In this document: positions 23,383 to 37,187 of the stretch, in pieces | How positions within the stretch are numbered: position 1 is the first letter of the stretch | Layout: the number at the start of each line of letters is the position of its first letter | Source: Pocillopora damicornis | Lineage: Eukaryota | DNA length: 64,000 bases | Direction of reading: 5' to 3' | Assembly (NCBI RefSeq): GCF_003704095.1 | Contig: NW_020845812.1 | Span: 434,001-498,000, forward strand | Program-made: the position numbers and the translations under genes | Notes under the pieces: generated by a model | What the model was told of the DNA's origin: nothing | The model's input: only the letters and a program-made list of their open reading frames with translations | The model's database searches: none

Positions 23383-26037
23383 AAATGATAAGTGTCTAAA
23401 TCTTTGATGTCAAATGCAATCTAACTGACATAATGGGCATGTTTTATGGATGAGAGTGGAATAAGCTTCATCAATTTATCAATTCTCCCACTTTAAGAAT
23501 TTTTGACGTATCCGGGAACACTCTTTGCTTCCCTTAAAACACCTCCTGCCTTCTTCCGTCAGGTTTTTCCATTACTCAGTCCGAAAAAACCGGAGAGGAT
23601 TCGGAATAACAGAGAACACATTTTCACAACCGAGTGCCGTGCTGAAAAAAGCAAAGGCAGTAATATTATATGACTTCAGTCCGTGTGTTAGTAGCTTGTT
23701 AGATCATAGGCAACGAGCGATCATAAGTTTCATCGCTGGGGTTACGATTTGAGGCATGTGATCTCGAGGATCTCTCTTTTGACAACCAATGTCTTTATTC
23801 ACACAGCCGCGCGCGTATAAATTCATACCACGGCCGTCAGTCGTGGTTGAAGAATTTTCTTGAAACAGAGGTTAAAACTCCAAATTATCTTGCTGTTAAT
23901 AAATTATATTTTACAATCAATATGCTCAATGTTTTTTAATGACCCAACCCTATTTTCGCAGTTTCCTCCAAACGACTGGACTTGAGCGCATTTTCTTTCT
24001 CCTTCAGCCCAATAGCGTTAGTTAACTGCATTAGCCCATGCGAAATTTTCTCAAGTTAATTGGTTTGGGTGATTTGAGGGCTCAGTTCCGTAAGAAGTAG
24101 TGAGATGCTTTATCAACGGTAACCACTAATCGCTTCCAGCACAACGCTGATGAGATCACTTCTTGTGGTCCGCATTGTCATTATAAAGAATTTGGTTCTT
24201 CAGCATCTGTTTTCTTCATTCAGTACCTATAACAAGTCGAAATTGACAAAAAAAAGTTTTCCCGGCAATGTAATGATTGAGATTTGTTATTAAAACAGTT
24301 TTAAAAACATCCGAAAAAAACTCAAAACATAGAGCCAAAAAATAATTTTATAGAGAGATAACAAAATCTTAACCAATAAAATCAGGAGTATTTATCTTTG
24401 GCGGCAAAGGGGTAAGATCTGTGTTATGAGTACCGCCTGCAACCTTTCTTTACGGAATTACAAGAATTAAAACCGGTGTTTCGCGGTGTTTAATCCTCAG
24501 TTAAAGTAGCAAGTGGCTTGGTTTTTTTTTTTCCGACAGAAAAGAAATTTGCGTGACTAAATCTAAGCTTTCCTAGTCAATTAGTACCACATCAACCGAA
24601 GTGATAATGTTAAAACCCTCCAAATGTGTGTGCAATTACAAATCAATTTGAAGATGAGTCGTCTTATATTGACAAAAGCAACTTATCAATAATTTAGATT
24701 GGCGTCAAGCGGTCTTCCGTACCTTTCATATCTAACATTTAACGAAGCGTATAAAAGCATTAAGACAAAGCTGTGATAATAAGTCTAAAACAAGAAAAAT
24801 TAAGGCCTGTGGATCGTCTTAAGTCAGTTTTTTGATATCTGGATTCAAAGGTTAGTCATGGTCAGTTTACAGGGCTAAAATCAAAGTTGTGTCTTGTCGC
24901 ATATGTCATATCGAATGAAAAAGTTTTCCACATGGGAATAAATGATAGGAAATGTTTTAAAAAGCATAGGTCACACTGGGTTAAAAGAAAAAAAAAACTA
25001 TCATCAGTTTTGAAAAAGGAAGGGAAGATGTTCTCTTGTACTGTCCATTTTTAGGTAGATGGCCTCGTTAGTTTCGGGGATGATTCCCTTTCAATAACGG
25101 AATGCGAAAGAAAAAAAAAAGTGACAAAATCAACAAGGTTAAATGGCCCTAAGATTCGTAGTGAGTAACTAATATTTTTTTTTAGCAGAAAGGAAAATTA
25201 ATCTGAAACACGAGGCTCGCCGCCGAATTTATCTTCTTAAAACTGTCCAGCTATTAAATCTGTTGTATTACACCCTATGAATGAGCCTAGTAATTCATCC
25301 AAGTTTTATGTAGCGATGGGTTTATTATAGGGTCAAATAATCTTTGACAGTTGTACTAATCAGCACAGAGTTCCGGTGTTTATATATCACAGTCAATATG
25401 TACCCTGCCAAAATGACTAAGGCAACACAGATCACTACCCTTGATCTAAATGTGGGCGGATATCTTTGCAGCTGTCACTAAACTTATGAGGAAGTGAAAG
25501 ATCTTTAGCTGGAGATGAAACTCAAAGTTTCTCTCCCAGCTTAGTTGTCGAACTAGAGCCCAGGTAAGGTGTTAAAAATGGGCTCACTGGACGTTTAGAA
25601 AAGAAATTGAAAAGATAAAATTAGCGCGTAAATTAAGATGCAAAGAAAGATAGAAATCGCGCCGGAAAAATTGGACCACGCAAGAAATTCCATAAAGTCG
25701 AGTCATAAAATATTTACCTTTCTTTTCAGTTTTTTATGTTATAAGCAGATCTTGAGTTTGATGTGTAAGATATCTTTGCCTTCCCTAGCACTCCCTTTTC
25801 ATCGGTTTACTGCCGAGCTGCTGACTACTTGAAATCAAGTCCAATTTTAAATGTCACGTTTTCTTTTTAGAGCATTTGCGTAGTTTATTTTAGTAAATAT
25901 CCATCGTGAGAGAAGGAAGAATTAATACCTCTGACAATTCTTATTGAAAGGAACATCAAGGGGTAGTGAATGGTAAAATCCAAGACTCGAAAGACGCCGA
26001 GACCCCCGTCGAAAAATCCAAGATTGTACCTTAATGA

Positions 26038-26039
26038 AT

Positions 26040-26072
<33 letters not shown>

Positions 26073-26285
26073 AGCGTCGGTGGGAGAGTATAGCAGGTAA
26101 CTTAGTATCAACAACTGAGCTGAAAACGCAAATTGGCCACTGTAAAGAGTAAAAAAGCTAACGTTTCGAGCGTTAGCCCTTCGTCAGAGCGATTGATGAA
26201 GGGCTAACGCTCGAAACGTCACCTTTTTTACTCTACGGTGGCCAGTTTACGTTTTCAACTAAGTTGTTAATACTAAATTACCTTC
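26038..26285. mobile_element. Palindromic element with inverted minimal hammerhead-like motifs, copy 2
   Basis: 13-bp TSD TGTACCTTAATGA (26025-26037 / 26286-26298); inverted arms centred near 26191; homologous to 2944-3192. Confidence 0.75.
26157..26190 (-). ncRNA. Minimal type I hammerhead ribozyme motif
   Basis: gct-CTGACGA-a-gggc-taac-gctc-GAAAC-GTT-agc: intact CUGANGA and GAAA boxes, 4-bp stem II, palindromic ACGU in place of stem III, and a gcu/agc stem I. Confidence 0.55.
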
Positions 26286-29200
26286 TGTACCTTAATGATT
26301 TCAGCCATTTTGGCTGTGCTATTATGACAGTCATTTCATTTACAAGATACCAGGAAATTGATGCGTTACAGTTGCCATACTCACTTTTCGCGATCACAGT
26401 TTTAAAGCTACTAAGCTTGGTATCTTGGGTATAAGCTTTAATAACTGTAACTAACTGATAATCGTCATCTCTTCCCGGGTCGATTGCAGTCTCGCACCTC
26501 GAGCGTCCAGAAACCTAATGTTTTTAACCATTTTAGCAACATCACTACTGCTTTGATTCAAAACGTTAAGTTGCCAGGTTTATTTTAATATCCTTTGGAA
26601 TAACCAATATTCTCTTGATGTTCCTGATTTTATTGTAACTTGACATCACTACCAAATCGTTCATACGCGATGCTCTTTGTTATGCCCGATCTCAGTGACA
26701 CGAAACAATACAATAAGGTAATGTACTAAAAAGTGTGCAAAGGTTTTTCGTCCTCTTCTCTTGAAATAGCAGATAGATGCCTGAATGCCTCTTGTTCCAG
26801 CCTTCATGATTTGGATATCCATCATATGCCTTAAGTTTAAAAGAGGCTCGATGGATTCCATGAAGTTCAATTCTAGAGTGTACATATAGCTTAGTTTCTG
26901 TTGAGTTCTGGGACACTGACAGATCTTACTCGTCGTTTCTTCCCTTGCTGTACGTGCGTATTTGTAGATAAAATATTTAGCTTTAAATTCAAGGTCAATA
27001 CAAGTTTCCGGCCCATTGAATGCCCACTTAGCAAAACGGGTGTTTGGTTCGTCTGAATAGTATCGTAACCGTCATCTCCCGTCACCAAAGACCCATCTTG
27101 AGTCAAATGCAATTACCTCCCTCACTAGAAGAAATGTAATGCATATATCAACCAAAGCTATAAATATATTGTCGGCATTTTCAAAATACATCAAATGCAT
27201 CAGTTTGATAAAGTCGGGCTTGATCAGCGTAAGCAATCCAACTTGAAATTGGGGTAGTTGTATTACAGCTATCTGGTTCTTTCGAAAAAAAACAAAAATG
27301 TTTTTCAGCGGAGAAACTTTTAAAATAAGATCGAAAGCTCTTTTTATCTTTTCGTTTCGTACCCTCTACGACTCGGTGTTCCCCTTTGTGCACAACCTTG
27401 TTGGCAAGGTGCTTTAACCTGATTCTTTAAAATGCTATTTAAATTAATTTAAAGATTATTCTACTTACTCATGGCATATATCAAGTTGCAACAAAAGAAC
27501 ATGACATAAAATTCTGTTTTGTTTTGTTTGATCTCCACAAGGGCCCAGAAAAAAACATGAAAGGAAACTGCTAAAAACAGAATTTGAAACAAAATGAACC
27601 AAACAAAGAGCAAGTGTCTCATGATCTCCATCTTAGTGATAACCGACAAAGAAGGACACCAGCTCAATCTTCGGTAATGAGTAGAAATAAATGTCAAAAT
27701 TTGTGCAACAATTGTGCGAAAAATTGATCAACATGAAAAACAGGTAGACCAAGGGGATTAATGCAGCTTTAAGTAATGGAATAAACTTGCACTGGATCTC
27801 CAATACCAAATTTGCAGAACTCAACATTAGCCATTAAGATAAATTTCACGGAAATCGCAATTCGGCGTCTCCCTCGTGAAAGTGTTAACCACTGCTTAAA
27901 TACACCGAAGACAGGATCGATAGCAAAATCAATTTCAAAAGTAAAATTGAAATCAAAATATCGTAAGCAAGATCTGTTTGATCGTCTTCTGATCGTCTTT
28001 TCTTGCAACACACCTCATACTTTCAGATGATCTTAAACATTCCTCTTAAGAAATCATGACCAAAATGTAAATTAATATAAAATGTGACCAAAAAAGAAAA
28101 GCACTATTGATGTCTACTTTGTCAGTCGTGATAAATTGTCACGGTTATGTTTGTCCTCTTTAATTATCAAACGTCCCGCTGAGACGCTTGATGCAATTAA
28201 AACAATCACTACTAGTTTTGTCGGATAATTTAACACGACATACCACGATAAAATTAGTAATGCAGTTTCACTTGTAAGAATCACGCATGAGACATCGTTG
28301 CGTAACACTGAGCAGCCCACATCCATCTCGCGATCGTCGGCATCTACATGCTTACACGACTTCCCTGGATTTCTGGGCGGTAGGAAATTTCTTTTATTGA
28401 TAACTCTCAAACAAAGACGTTGGTCGATGATTTTGTAATATAAGTAGGTAGGAAATATCTCTGTTAACATCGTATACCGTCCTTTACTTCTTTAAAAAAG
28501 TCCAAGGATTTATTCGAATTTTGGATGGTTTATTTTAATTCTTGTCTAAAGCTTGTATAGTTATATAAAAGGAATCGTCTTTGTTCTTTTATTTAGACAG
28601 AGCGAACAAACGCTTTGACAAAACAATGAATATGGGACTTGACAAGTTGTGTTTTAAAATACAGTTGTCGTTTGGATAATTCGGGGTCGAGATGCATGTA
28701 GAATTGAACCGTTTATACAAGGCTTTATGAAGAACAGGCCTAATGAGCTAGATATTTTAGCAAGTAAGCTTTAAAAACATATCTTTTTTTTGTTTTAGCT
28801 CACTTAGGGCGAGATATTGTGGGTTTATTTTCGTCTATGTTGTAACCAAATCACCATGAGGTTAAGGCATTGCCTCGATCTAGGCTTTTGTGTAAATCGA
28901 CACCAAACCCGAATAATACATTTTCAAGGTTTCTTTACTGATTGACTTTTCCCCCAACTAAGTGCTCTCTTCAGTCAACTCAGGATTACCTTTCACAAAT
29001 TTTCTTCATAGATTTGATAACGATTTCTTCGTTGCGGTTTAATGGTTCGAAACGCTCTAATGTTTTGGAATTCTGCATAATGCTAGTGTAAATAGACAAA
29101 TAAGGCAATTTACACTCCAAGTTCCCCTTACATTTTACAGACAGTTGTTTAGTTTTATTGCGTTGAAGTAAAGCTTGAAGTTAGTCCGCCGGGTATTTAA

Positions 29201-32200
29201 ATCGCGTTCTGGGGTTGTCAGAACTGATTGTTTATACTCATGAAACAGTCTTAAAGGTAATCAGAAAGGATTTTGTCTCTCCAATTCGTCACGCCATTGA
29301 ACAGTTTGTAAGAAAAAATGCTACACTATTGTTTCTCACAGTGTCAAACGTAGCACTACCAAATCTAAATTAGACAAGATATCAATTTAAAGCCAACTCC
29401 GAGAAGTAATTCGTGATTGAAGACACTTTTCACTGCGCGCGTGTCATAGCCACGTGTTAGTTGTGTTATTACTACCCGAGGTTGATGTTTTTAAGAAGTC
29501 TAACATGAGGCGTTAGCTTGTCTAGTGAAACATGTGGATACACACGAGGTAACCCGGCCTGCCCGCTGGGCGCATGAAAAGCAGCGTGGTTGGTGACATT
29601 GTTTTTCTTTCTGCTGAAAAAGGGGCAATGAAACTTTCCCAGCGTGAATAATCCCCCAGCGCAACACTCACATCAGGCGGCAAAACATAGTTAACATCCC
29701 AAAATCATTGCCATAGCAGTCCAAGTTGTCATGAAGTTCAACATATGATTTGTGCCGGAAAAGAAAAGGAATGATGCTTGGTACAGAATACGCACAAGGG
29801 TTAGACAAAATATTTCAGTCTCATTTCTTCTTCTCGTAGATTCTCATTTCCAAAGAATAGTGACAAATCCCACAATATAAAACTGCCAATGTCGATGTGA
29901 TGATTTTATTCCTGCTGTTTAATCTATTGTGACCTGGTGTGATCGAGGAATGGGATAGATTGTTAACGCTGTGTATGAACAGACAATCGTAAATTTACGG
30001 CTTTTCATGGAATTCCAGATAATTCAAACCTTCGCTAGCTGCAAAATCTTAGACGAATTTAAGTGTTGCATCTCACAGTGCCGAGAGTAACTGAATTTTC
30101 TAAGAGCCCACTTTCACTATTGTTGGACGCATGTTAGGAACATTCGCCCACATGTTGTCGTGGATCACTGCGTGGAAAGTCAAACGTAAAGACAAGGAAA
30201 GGTTATCCTTTTTGATAAACTACTGTTTTTACAAAGCGTTAAACCAATTAAGTCGACTTTGGAATTAACTAAAACCAAGAGATTACAAAACGAGTAAGAA
30301 ACGAGAGGAAATTTCTTACTGAACTTCGACTTTATGAATCCGACCCAGACTTCCCCTTTTCGAATCTAAAAATATCGAACCTGCTCGTGATGGTCGGTAA
30401 AGCTCTTCACGGATATTGCAAAGATACTGACTTTCCTTCAGTCGGTTAATGATTTTTTTCTTACCTCTCCACGGAATGATCTTGTCGATCCTATGTATCA
30501 GTTTGAGTCTATTCTATTGTTGCCAGAATTTCAAACGTAGCTCAATCAGTAATGTCGATTTTTTCGCGCTACTGACCAAGAAAAAAATATGTTACTTGCA
30601 CAGAAATTTATCTGCTCTTAATTAAGTGATTACAGGGCCTACTTTTTTTTCAATTATTTTGCGAGACGATCTTGTGAATCACGGTTATTCGTTGGTTCAA
30701 GGAAAGTTTTAATTAAAAATTGTTTTTATAAGGATCTTAATTAAAGATTCACTGACAGATATTCTGTGTGGACACTGCAAGAGAATAAATGACGGCAGTG
30801 GAACAAAGCCATTAAGGCCAACTGATATTTGTATGTCGTAAAAGATTCCTTTGTAAAATTAATTTTAAACAAAAAGAAACCTGATGTGAACCTTTCTAGA
30901 GGAAAAATAGAAGGAGGTCTACTTAAATGCGTCGTAAATTCCAACAATTTATCATAATCTTTGAATGTAATCACTCATCCTGTGCACAACTTGAACTCGA
31001 TAGTATTTTCAAAAATATTTCTAATCTTGAACGATGATAATTCCACATTCAATGTTATGGTAAACGAAGAGGTGGCAATATACTGGCATATAAAAACAAG
31101 CAAGCCGGCAAAATTAAAAATAGGACATTTCTGTCCCTTTGTGATGGTTTGCCAAATTTTGAGTTTTCCGGTATTGTCCACCGAGTTAAAATTAATAGGC
31201 CGGTGTTAAGTAGCTGACCACACTGCTTTTATCCTGAGCTGTTGGCCTTTGTTTGGTACTGCATACGTGAGGTGAATGAAATTAATCATTCTTGGTTAAC
31301 GAAAACAACCAACGTAGAAAGGTAAATCGATGCTAAAATTGAGATGTAACAAAGGATTTCCCTTATGTAATAATTTTCTCGGGTAATTACGGATTCAGGA
31401 CTGACATTCACTTGCAGAGACCAAGGTTAGCTCAGCCAGTTAAATATCCATAGATACCAAGGAAACTTAGGGATTTGTTTGGTTCAACCTGCGATGTTAT
31501 CAAAAAAACAAAATCGACTTTCCTTCGGTAAAATAGTTGTTCAGAATGCAGTAAAAACTAAAAAAAATTTATGCACGGCTAGACTTGATATCAAAATTTC
31601 TTGCATTAAGGCCAAAATGCCTGTCCCATTCACATTCAACAACGAACGCAAAAAAAAAAAATATTTTGTGTGATATTCTTGAAAAGCTTGAAATAAAGAA
31701 AGGAAATAAATGTTTCTCTGTTACCTGTAGTTTCCCAAGTCACTTGTCACTATTAAATTTAAATATGTTGATTCATATATTTGGTTATTATAGAGATGAT
31801 GCTTTTTTTTCCAAGGCTTACCAACGTCGGAGGGGAATTCTTGATATTTATAAGGCAAAACCCAAACATAATAGTATCGATCACAGTTAGTCAACTCTAT
31901 ATAGCATTATTTTCTTCATCTCCTGTGATTTCACATAAAAGTCTACGTCAAAAAGGCTTTTTTCAAATCAGCAAATATCATGTCATTCAGGCCTTTCAGA
32001 AATACTGCATAGCCTTGTAAAAGGTTATAAGATACATCAGCTTATTTTCCTTAGGAAACCGGAATCAGATCTAGCGCACCATTGGTCCGGATTGAAGTAA
32101 TTGCTTTTATCTGATGAGGTGACGTTGTCTTAAATCATTCAATGCTAAAAATGCTAACAAAGACAACCAGTTTATTGTTTATTAGCTATGTGGCAGGTTT

Positions 32201-35200
32201 AAGGCAGAATATTAAGGTAACATATTATATAAAATGCACTTGTTTTTACTGATGGTTCTCAGTGAAATAAACAAAATAATTTTGTGTCAGGAGTGTTCTA
32301 GTTAGTTCGGAAGATAATAAGACTGAGAGATTTCGCTCGCATTAAACATTTATGAAGGTCACATCGATTCTAAATTAAAAATATCGATTTAAATTAAAGA
32401 AGGGGAAAAAAATCGTTTTGAATCCGACCATTTACTCAATTAGTTTGAATTCGTTAGCTTATGGAGAAAAATGACAAATGTATTTATTGTAAGCTTTCTT
32501 TTAAGGCTGTTACCTTCCGCTACGTGTGCAGGCGGTCCAACTTGTTTATATTTTGATGCATTAACACCTCACAGTATTACTGCGAATACAACGAGCAAAA
32601 TTGTAAGCATCTAACATGTAATCTTATCTCCAACTTGGAGGAAACAATTTAACTCTACATGAGTGGGAAAATCAGTTGTACTCCTGAAAACATTGTTTAC
32701 AGGCCACCAAGGATATTATTTAGAACATTGTTTGTTACTCTCAGAGATTTTCGGTCGAAAAGTTTATTATCAATGGTGATCAGATTTTCTACAGTTTCGT
32801 AATTCGTGTGGTTTCATTTAAGCATTGAGCGTGTATAACGCAATGTTTCTTTTACATTTTTCTCTGATTTTGTTGCTGATTCACTGATTTATTTCGATAC
32901 TGGTTTTGTTATGTTGGTGATCATTGAATTAGAGTAAATTAATTGAAGGTAATATGACTATTAACTGAATGAGAGGGAAACAATCGTTTCCAATCTGGCC
33001 ATGATGAGTTTTGGTAACCTATATATGAATCAGCACCTGATTACATTTCGCAACTAAACGAAAAAAACATCCTGAGGCTAAGTAACGGGCATTTGTAATC
33101 TATCAATTGTCTTAGCATATATTTTCTCAAACAGCTCGGGTTTTAATATTGAAGAACCAGCTTCAAAATAAAGTCATTCAAAATTAATGAGTCTTTCGTG
33201 TTTCGCAATCATGTAATTAGAAACGAATGCAAATGACTGAAGAGGAATCGACAGAAAGATCTCAACTCCTCGGTACGTTACTTGTTCAGTTATTTCATGG
33301 TTTTTTCTGATTAATTCCAAAATTTTCTGCCCTGAATCTGTTTCGTCAAATTTACTTGTACATGGCGTGACCGTTGAGCCTGATATGTACAAAGCTACAA
33401 CAATATACCTATCGTCATTCCCAAACAACCTTGGAAGAATGATTCTTTCATTTCAATCCCTGTCTTTGTCATGTCAATGGACAAAAAATTTACTTTGTGG
33501 AATGACATTAGATTTGACCGACTACTAAATTTTTTGAAAACATCAGGTTTTTTATTTCTTAGTTTGACGGCATAATCAAAGCGATAAACTTTGGGTTTTT
33601 GGCAGTTAGGACGATGATTGATTTTTGGGAAATTTTACTTCCTTTTTTCACTCCGTGTGGTTTCTATTGCTCTCCGTTATTGGTAGAAAAATATTCTGTA
33701 AATCTTTAATTATAGTACACAACGTTCAAGGTGAAGTACATCTTTAAAGTAACACTCACTCACAAAAGATTAATTTAGTTCATTTCATGCAGTACGTGAT
33801 CGCAAACTTAAAACACTCGGATTTGCTAACACATTTTGAAAGACTGTGAAGTCGTGCACAGGCAACAGAAAGTTACTCGCTGAACTTAGCTGTTCGGATG
33901 GCATGTTATTTATTGTAAGTACCTAGATACCCCACTTTCAAAAAACAAGAATACTTTTTAGTAATTACTCTTTTTAGAGTGTAAGTCCAGTCCCCTCAAA
34001 AAGTTTTGTTGGTCGCAACTCTGTGCGCACTGGAGATAATCCATCTGTAACTTGCACATCGAAATCGACATAAGTTATAAATTTGGCAAATCTTAACGCA
34101 TATCTTCAATCTTATCTTTAAAGAGGAGATGCTTAGTTATGTTTTTACTTGAATAGCGGTCATGTTTTCAGTAGAAGTTAATTTTGTTCTCAAGCGAAGG
34201 TAGATTTATGGGGTTAATTGCATCGTACGTGACGTTGAAACATGAGTCTATAGCAACTTGTCATTCTACTTAAAGAAGGGCGTGTGCCACTTTAAATTTG
34301 CCAAACCAATTTTACATGCTAAGTTATAACTTTGAAAATGAAGTAAACGCATAATGTGCAAGCCGCAGTTCTGTGGGAATAAAACAAGATAAAGAAACTT
34401 CTGTTAAAAAAAAAAAAAATCCCTAGCATATCAATTCAGAGAGACCTACTTCTCGCTTGAAATCACGTAGAAATCTTTTGATAACTCATCTTGATAGTAT
34501 CTCTTCGAGATTACTCCGAAAAGTTGGTTTTTTGTTCATACATGATTTTAAATATAATTGTATATTTTCCGCCTATTGTACATATTAGGAAGTACTCCAT
34601 TCAAATGAAGGTTTTTTTTTTTATCTAATAACATGAACTGGGCGCCCTTAATTCGAGGCTAAATAAAGGAAACTGGTCTAGAAGAACCGACACTTAGTCA
34701 ATGCAAATTCAATGCTAACAAACAAACCAAGAGATTAACCTGATTAAATTTGCAAAATCATGTTATCATGCGGACGCCGAACATAAAAACACCAAATTGA
34801 TTAGTGCAGATCTTGTCGCGGTGTACCAAGAGCGTTTACCTCCTCTCCGTTTCCTTAATTTTGAATTATTAGAAAGGTGATGGAGCAAGTTCAAAACGAT
34901 CCTGGTAATGCTATTTTATAGAGTTCTTCCGTTTTCTTTTCAATATATCTGTCGTGATTTTTTGCTTTGACAGCTGCGTTCTAAAAATGATCAATTTGGA
35001 TTGGCGCACAGTCGAAAGTGTGAAAACCACATCCGCATTACCTTCAAGACAATAACATCATAACATACATCTATTCCTGTTATTGTACGGCGATTTGCTT
35101 CTCTTGCCTGGACATAACTTGACTTGAAAAAAAAAAAATTAAAACAGAACAAAAAACTGATACGCAAGAAAATAAAACATGCGAGACTAATAGAGGACAT

Positions 35201-36176
35201 TTGGTGCAGATGGACAAACCTATTTGCTTGGCAAGGAGATCATAGTACGATGAGCGTCAGAGACAATTTTCTCGGAAGTGAGTTTATTCTTTAGGGGATA
35301 TTGGTTACTTGACAAACAACGTAAAAAGCGTGTTTTTCTTCACCAACAAATCCTCTTTGTTGCGGATGATGGATGGCGCTAGTCGCTCTAGGAGACTAGT
35401 AATTGAAAAAAAACAAAACAAAAAACAAAAAAACATAATTCATTTATACAGTGATTTTCGAGTGAACATCGTTCCTAAGCAGAACAATCGAACTATTAGG
35501 ATTGTTTCATTGTTAGTGCAGTGACCTGTTCACAATGTAAGGACACGTACGTATACTCTTCATGTTTGTGTACAGTCGGTAAGTTTTAAGTTCGTGTAGG
35601 TAATAAATTAATCTATCAGGTCTAAAATATGTAGCCGCTGTGAACAGCCAATATACGGCAAACCAAAATATCAGTTCTGAAATGAACTTGATATATTCAA
35701 CTAATTGCTAAATCCACAATAAAAATATCAGATTTTGGGTAAATTGCCACAGCCATGATCTCGAAAACGAAACATATGCAACAATTTTTGAGTTTCGAGT
35801 CGCGAGTTCTCAAGAACACTCCATTACTAAGCCTTCTCTATTTACAGTCCATTCACAAGTGTTCTTCTCTATTTGCAGGGCTTCAGAGAGGTAACGAAAA
35901 CAAAAAGACCCTTGCTATTTAAAAGAAAGCATAATTTGAAGGTGTCACCGTCTGCAGTCGATCATTTGAAACTGGTTGAAACAAATGCAGTCTTCATCAT
36001 TTAAAACTAAATAGATTTTACTCGGACTGCAAGAGTGAGCAATATTCAAGGTAGGAGGAAGAAATTTTATTAAACAGCTTGCCGGATAATCAGCGCTGAC
36101 TGACGGTTGGACACATCACATCAACCGCCACCAACGCCAAAAGCACGACTCTCCACGGAGCTTTTCATAACTCAAG

Positions 36177-37187
36177 ATGTCCCAAGCATACTCACTCAAA
36201 CTGGTTATTCCTCTCAGTATTTTATCAGTGAGCGTTATAGTAACCAACACACTTGTCTGCCTGTTGGTGTACAAGGTCAAATCAATGCGCAACTACACCA
36301 ATGGATTTGTAGTATCGCTCGCCATTTCTGATATTGTGACAGGTGTTGCTATCCTCATCCAATATAACGCCAAGCTCCACGAATGGTCTCGAGCAACACT
36401 TAACGTCTTGTACGCTATTGTGCTTTTCGTGGGGGCATCAAATCTCTGCGCAGTGACTTATGACAGATACTTGGCAATTTTGCACCCATTTTCATACGCT
36501 GAAACGATAGCGAAAGTTTTCAAAATCGTCGTGCCAGTAATTTGGATCTTCTCGGTGGTGGTCGCATGTATACCGCTTACATGGGAAGGAAATACGACAA
36601 TTCTCCACACAAGAATTTACATCGTCTTCTTTCTCATCATTTGTATAGCTCTACCTTACGTGCTAATAGTCTGTGCAAATTATAAGATCTTTCGATTAGT
36701 GAGGCAATGTGTGCGTCGTGAGCGAGAACTGAGCATCTCCTCGCATGCTTCGAAAGCGGATACGAAAAAAAAATGTACGCCAAGGAAGATTTCCTCTGAA
36801 GCTAAAGTGGCGAGGGTCTTCGCTGTAGCATCATTTATGTTTGTGTTGAGTTATTTTCCAAGTTTATTTTGGTCGGCAGCGAACGCCGTGGGCCATAAAG
36901 AAGTGGTTCCTACGCTTTTACTGGACTTCTCGCCTTTCTGTGTGGTTTTTGGATCTCTTGTAAATCCTGTTTTGTACTCGTTCATGAAACCGGATTTTCG
37001 TAGAGCCCTGGAGAAAATTCTTAGTGGAAAACGAGCCTATCTGAACTCGAGAAGATCTCAGAGGTCATCAATGCCAAGCATTGGAGAAACATACTCTACG
37101 CCAATTGTTCCAATGAAGACAAAGCAAACTCTAGTAGTCAATGGTGTGTTGTGCAAAGGGAGCGATCCTACCGAGAGCAACGTCTAA
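36177..37187 (+). CDS. Class A (rhodopsin-like) orphan GPCR 1, intronless CDS, 336 aa
   Basis: 7 TM segments; TM1 Asn, SLAISD, DRY, TM4 Trp, LPY, SYFP, NPVLY, helix-8 KPDFR. Confidence 0.93.
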   Translation: MSQAYSLKLVIPLSILSVSVIVTNTLVCLLVYKVKSMRNYTNGFVVSLAISDIVTGVAILIQYNAKLHEWSRATLNVLYAIVLFVGASNLCAVTYDRYLAILHPFSYAETIAKVFKIVVPVIWIFSVVVACIPLTWEGNTTILHTRIYIVFFLIICIALPYVLIVCANYKIFRLVRQCVRRERELSISSHASKADTKKKCTPRKISSEAKVARVFAVASFMFVLSYFPSLFWSAANAVGHKEVVPTLLLDFSPFCVVFGSLVNPVLYSFMKPDFRRALEKILSGKRAYLNSRRSQRSSMPSIGETYSTPIVPMKTKQTLVVNGVLCKGSDPTESNV

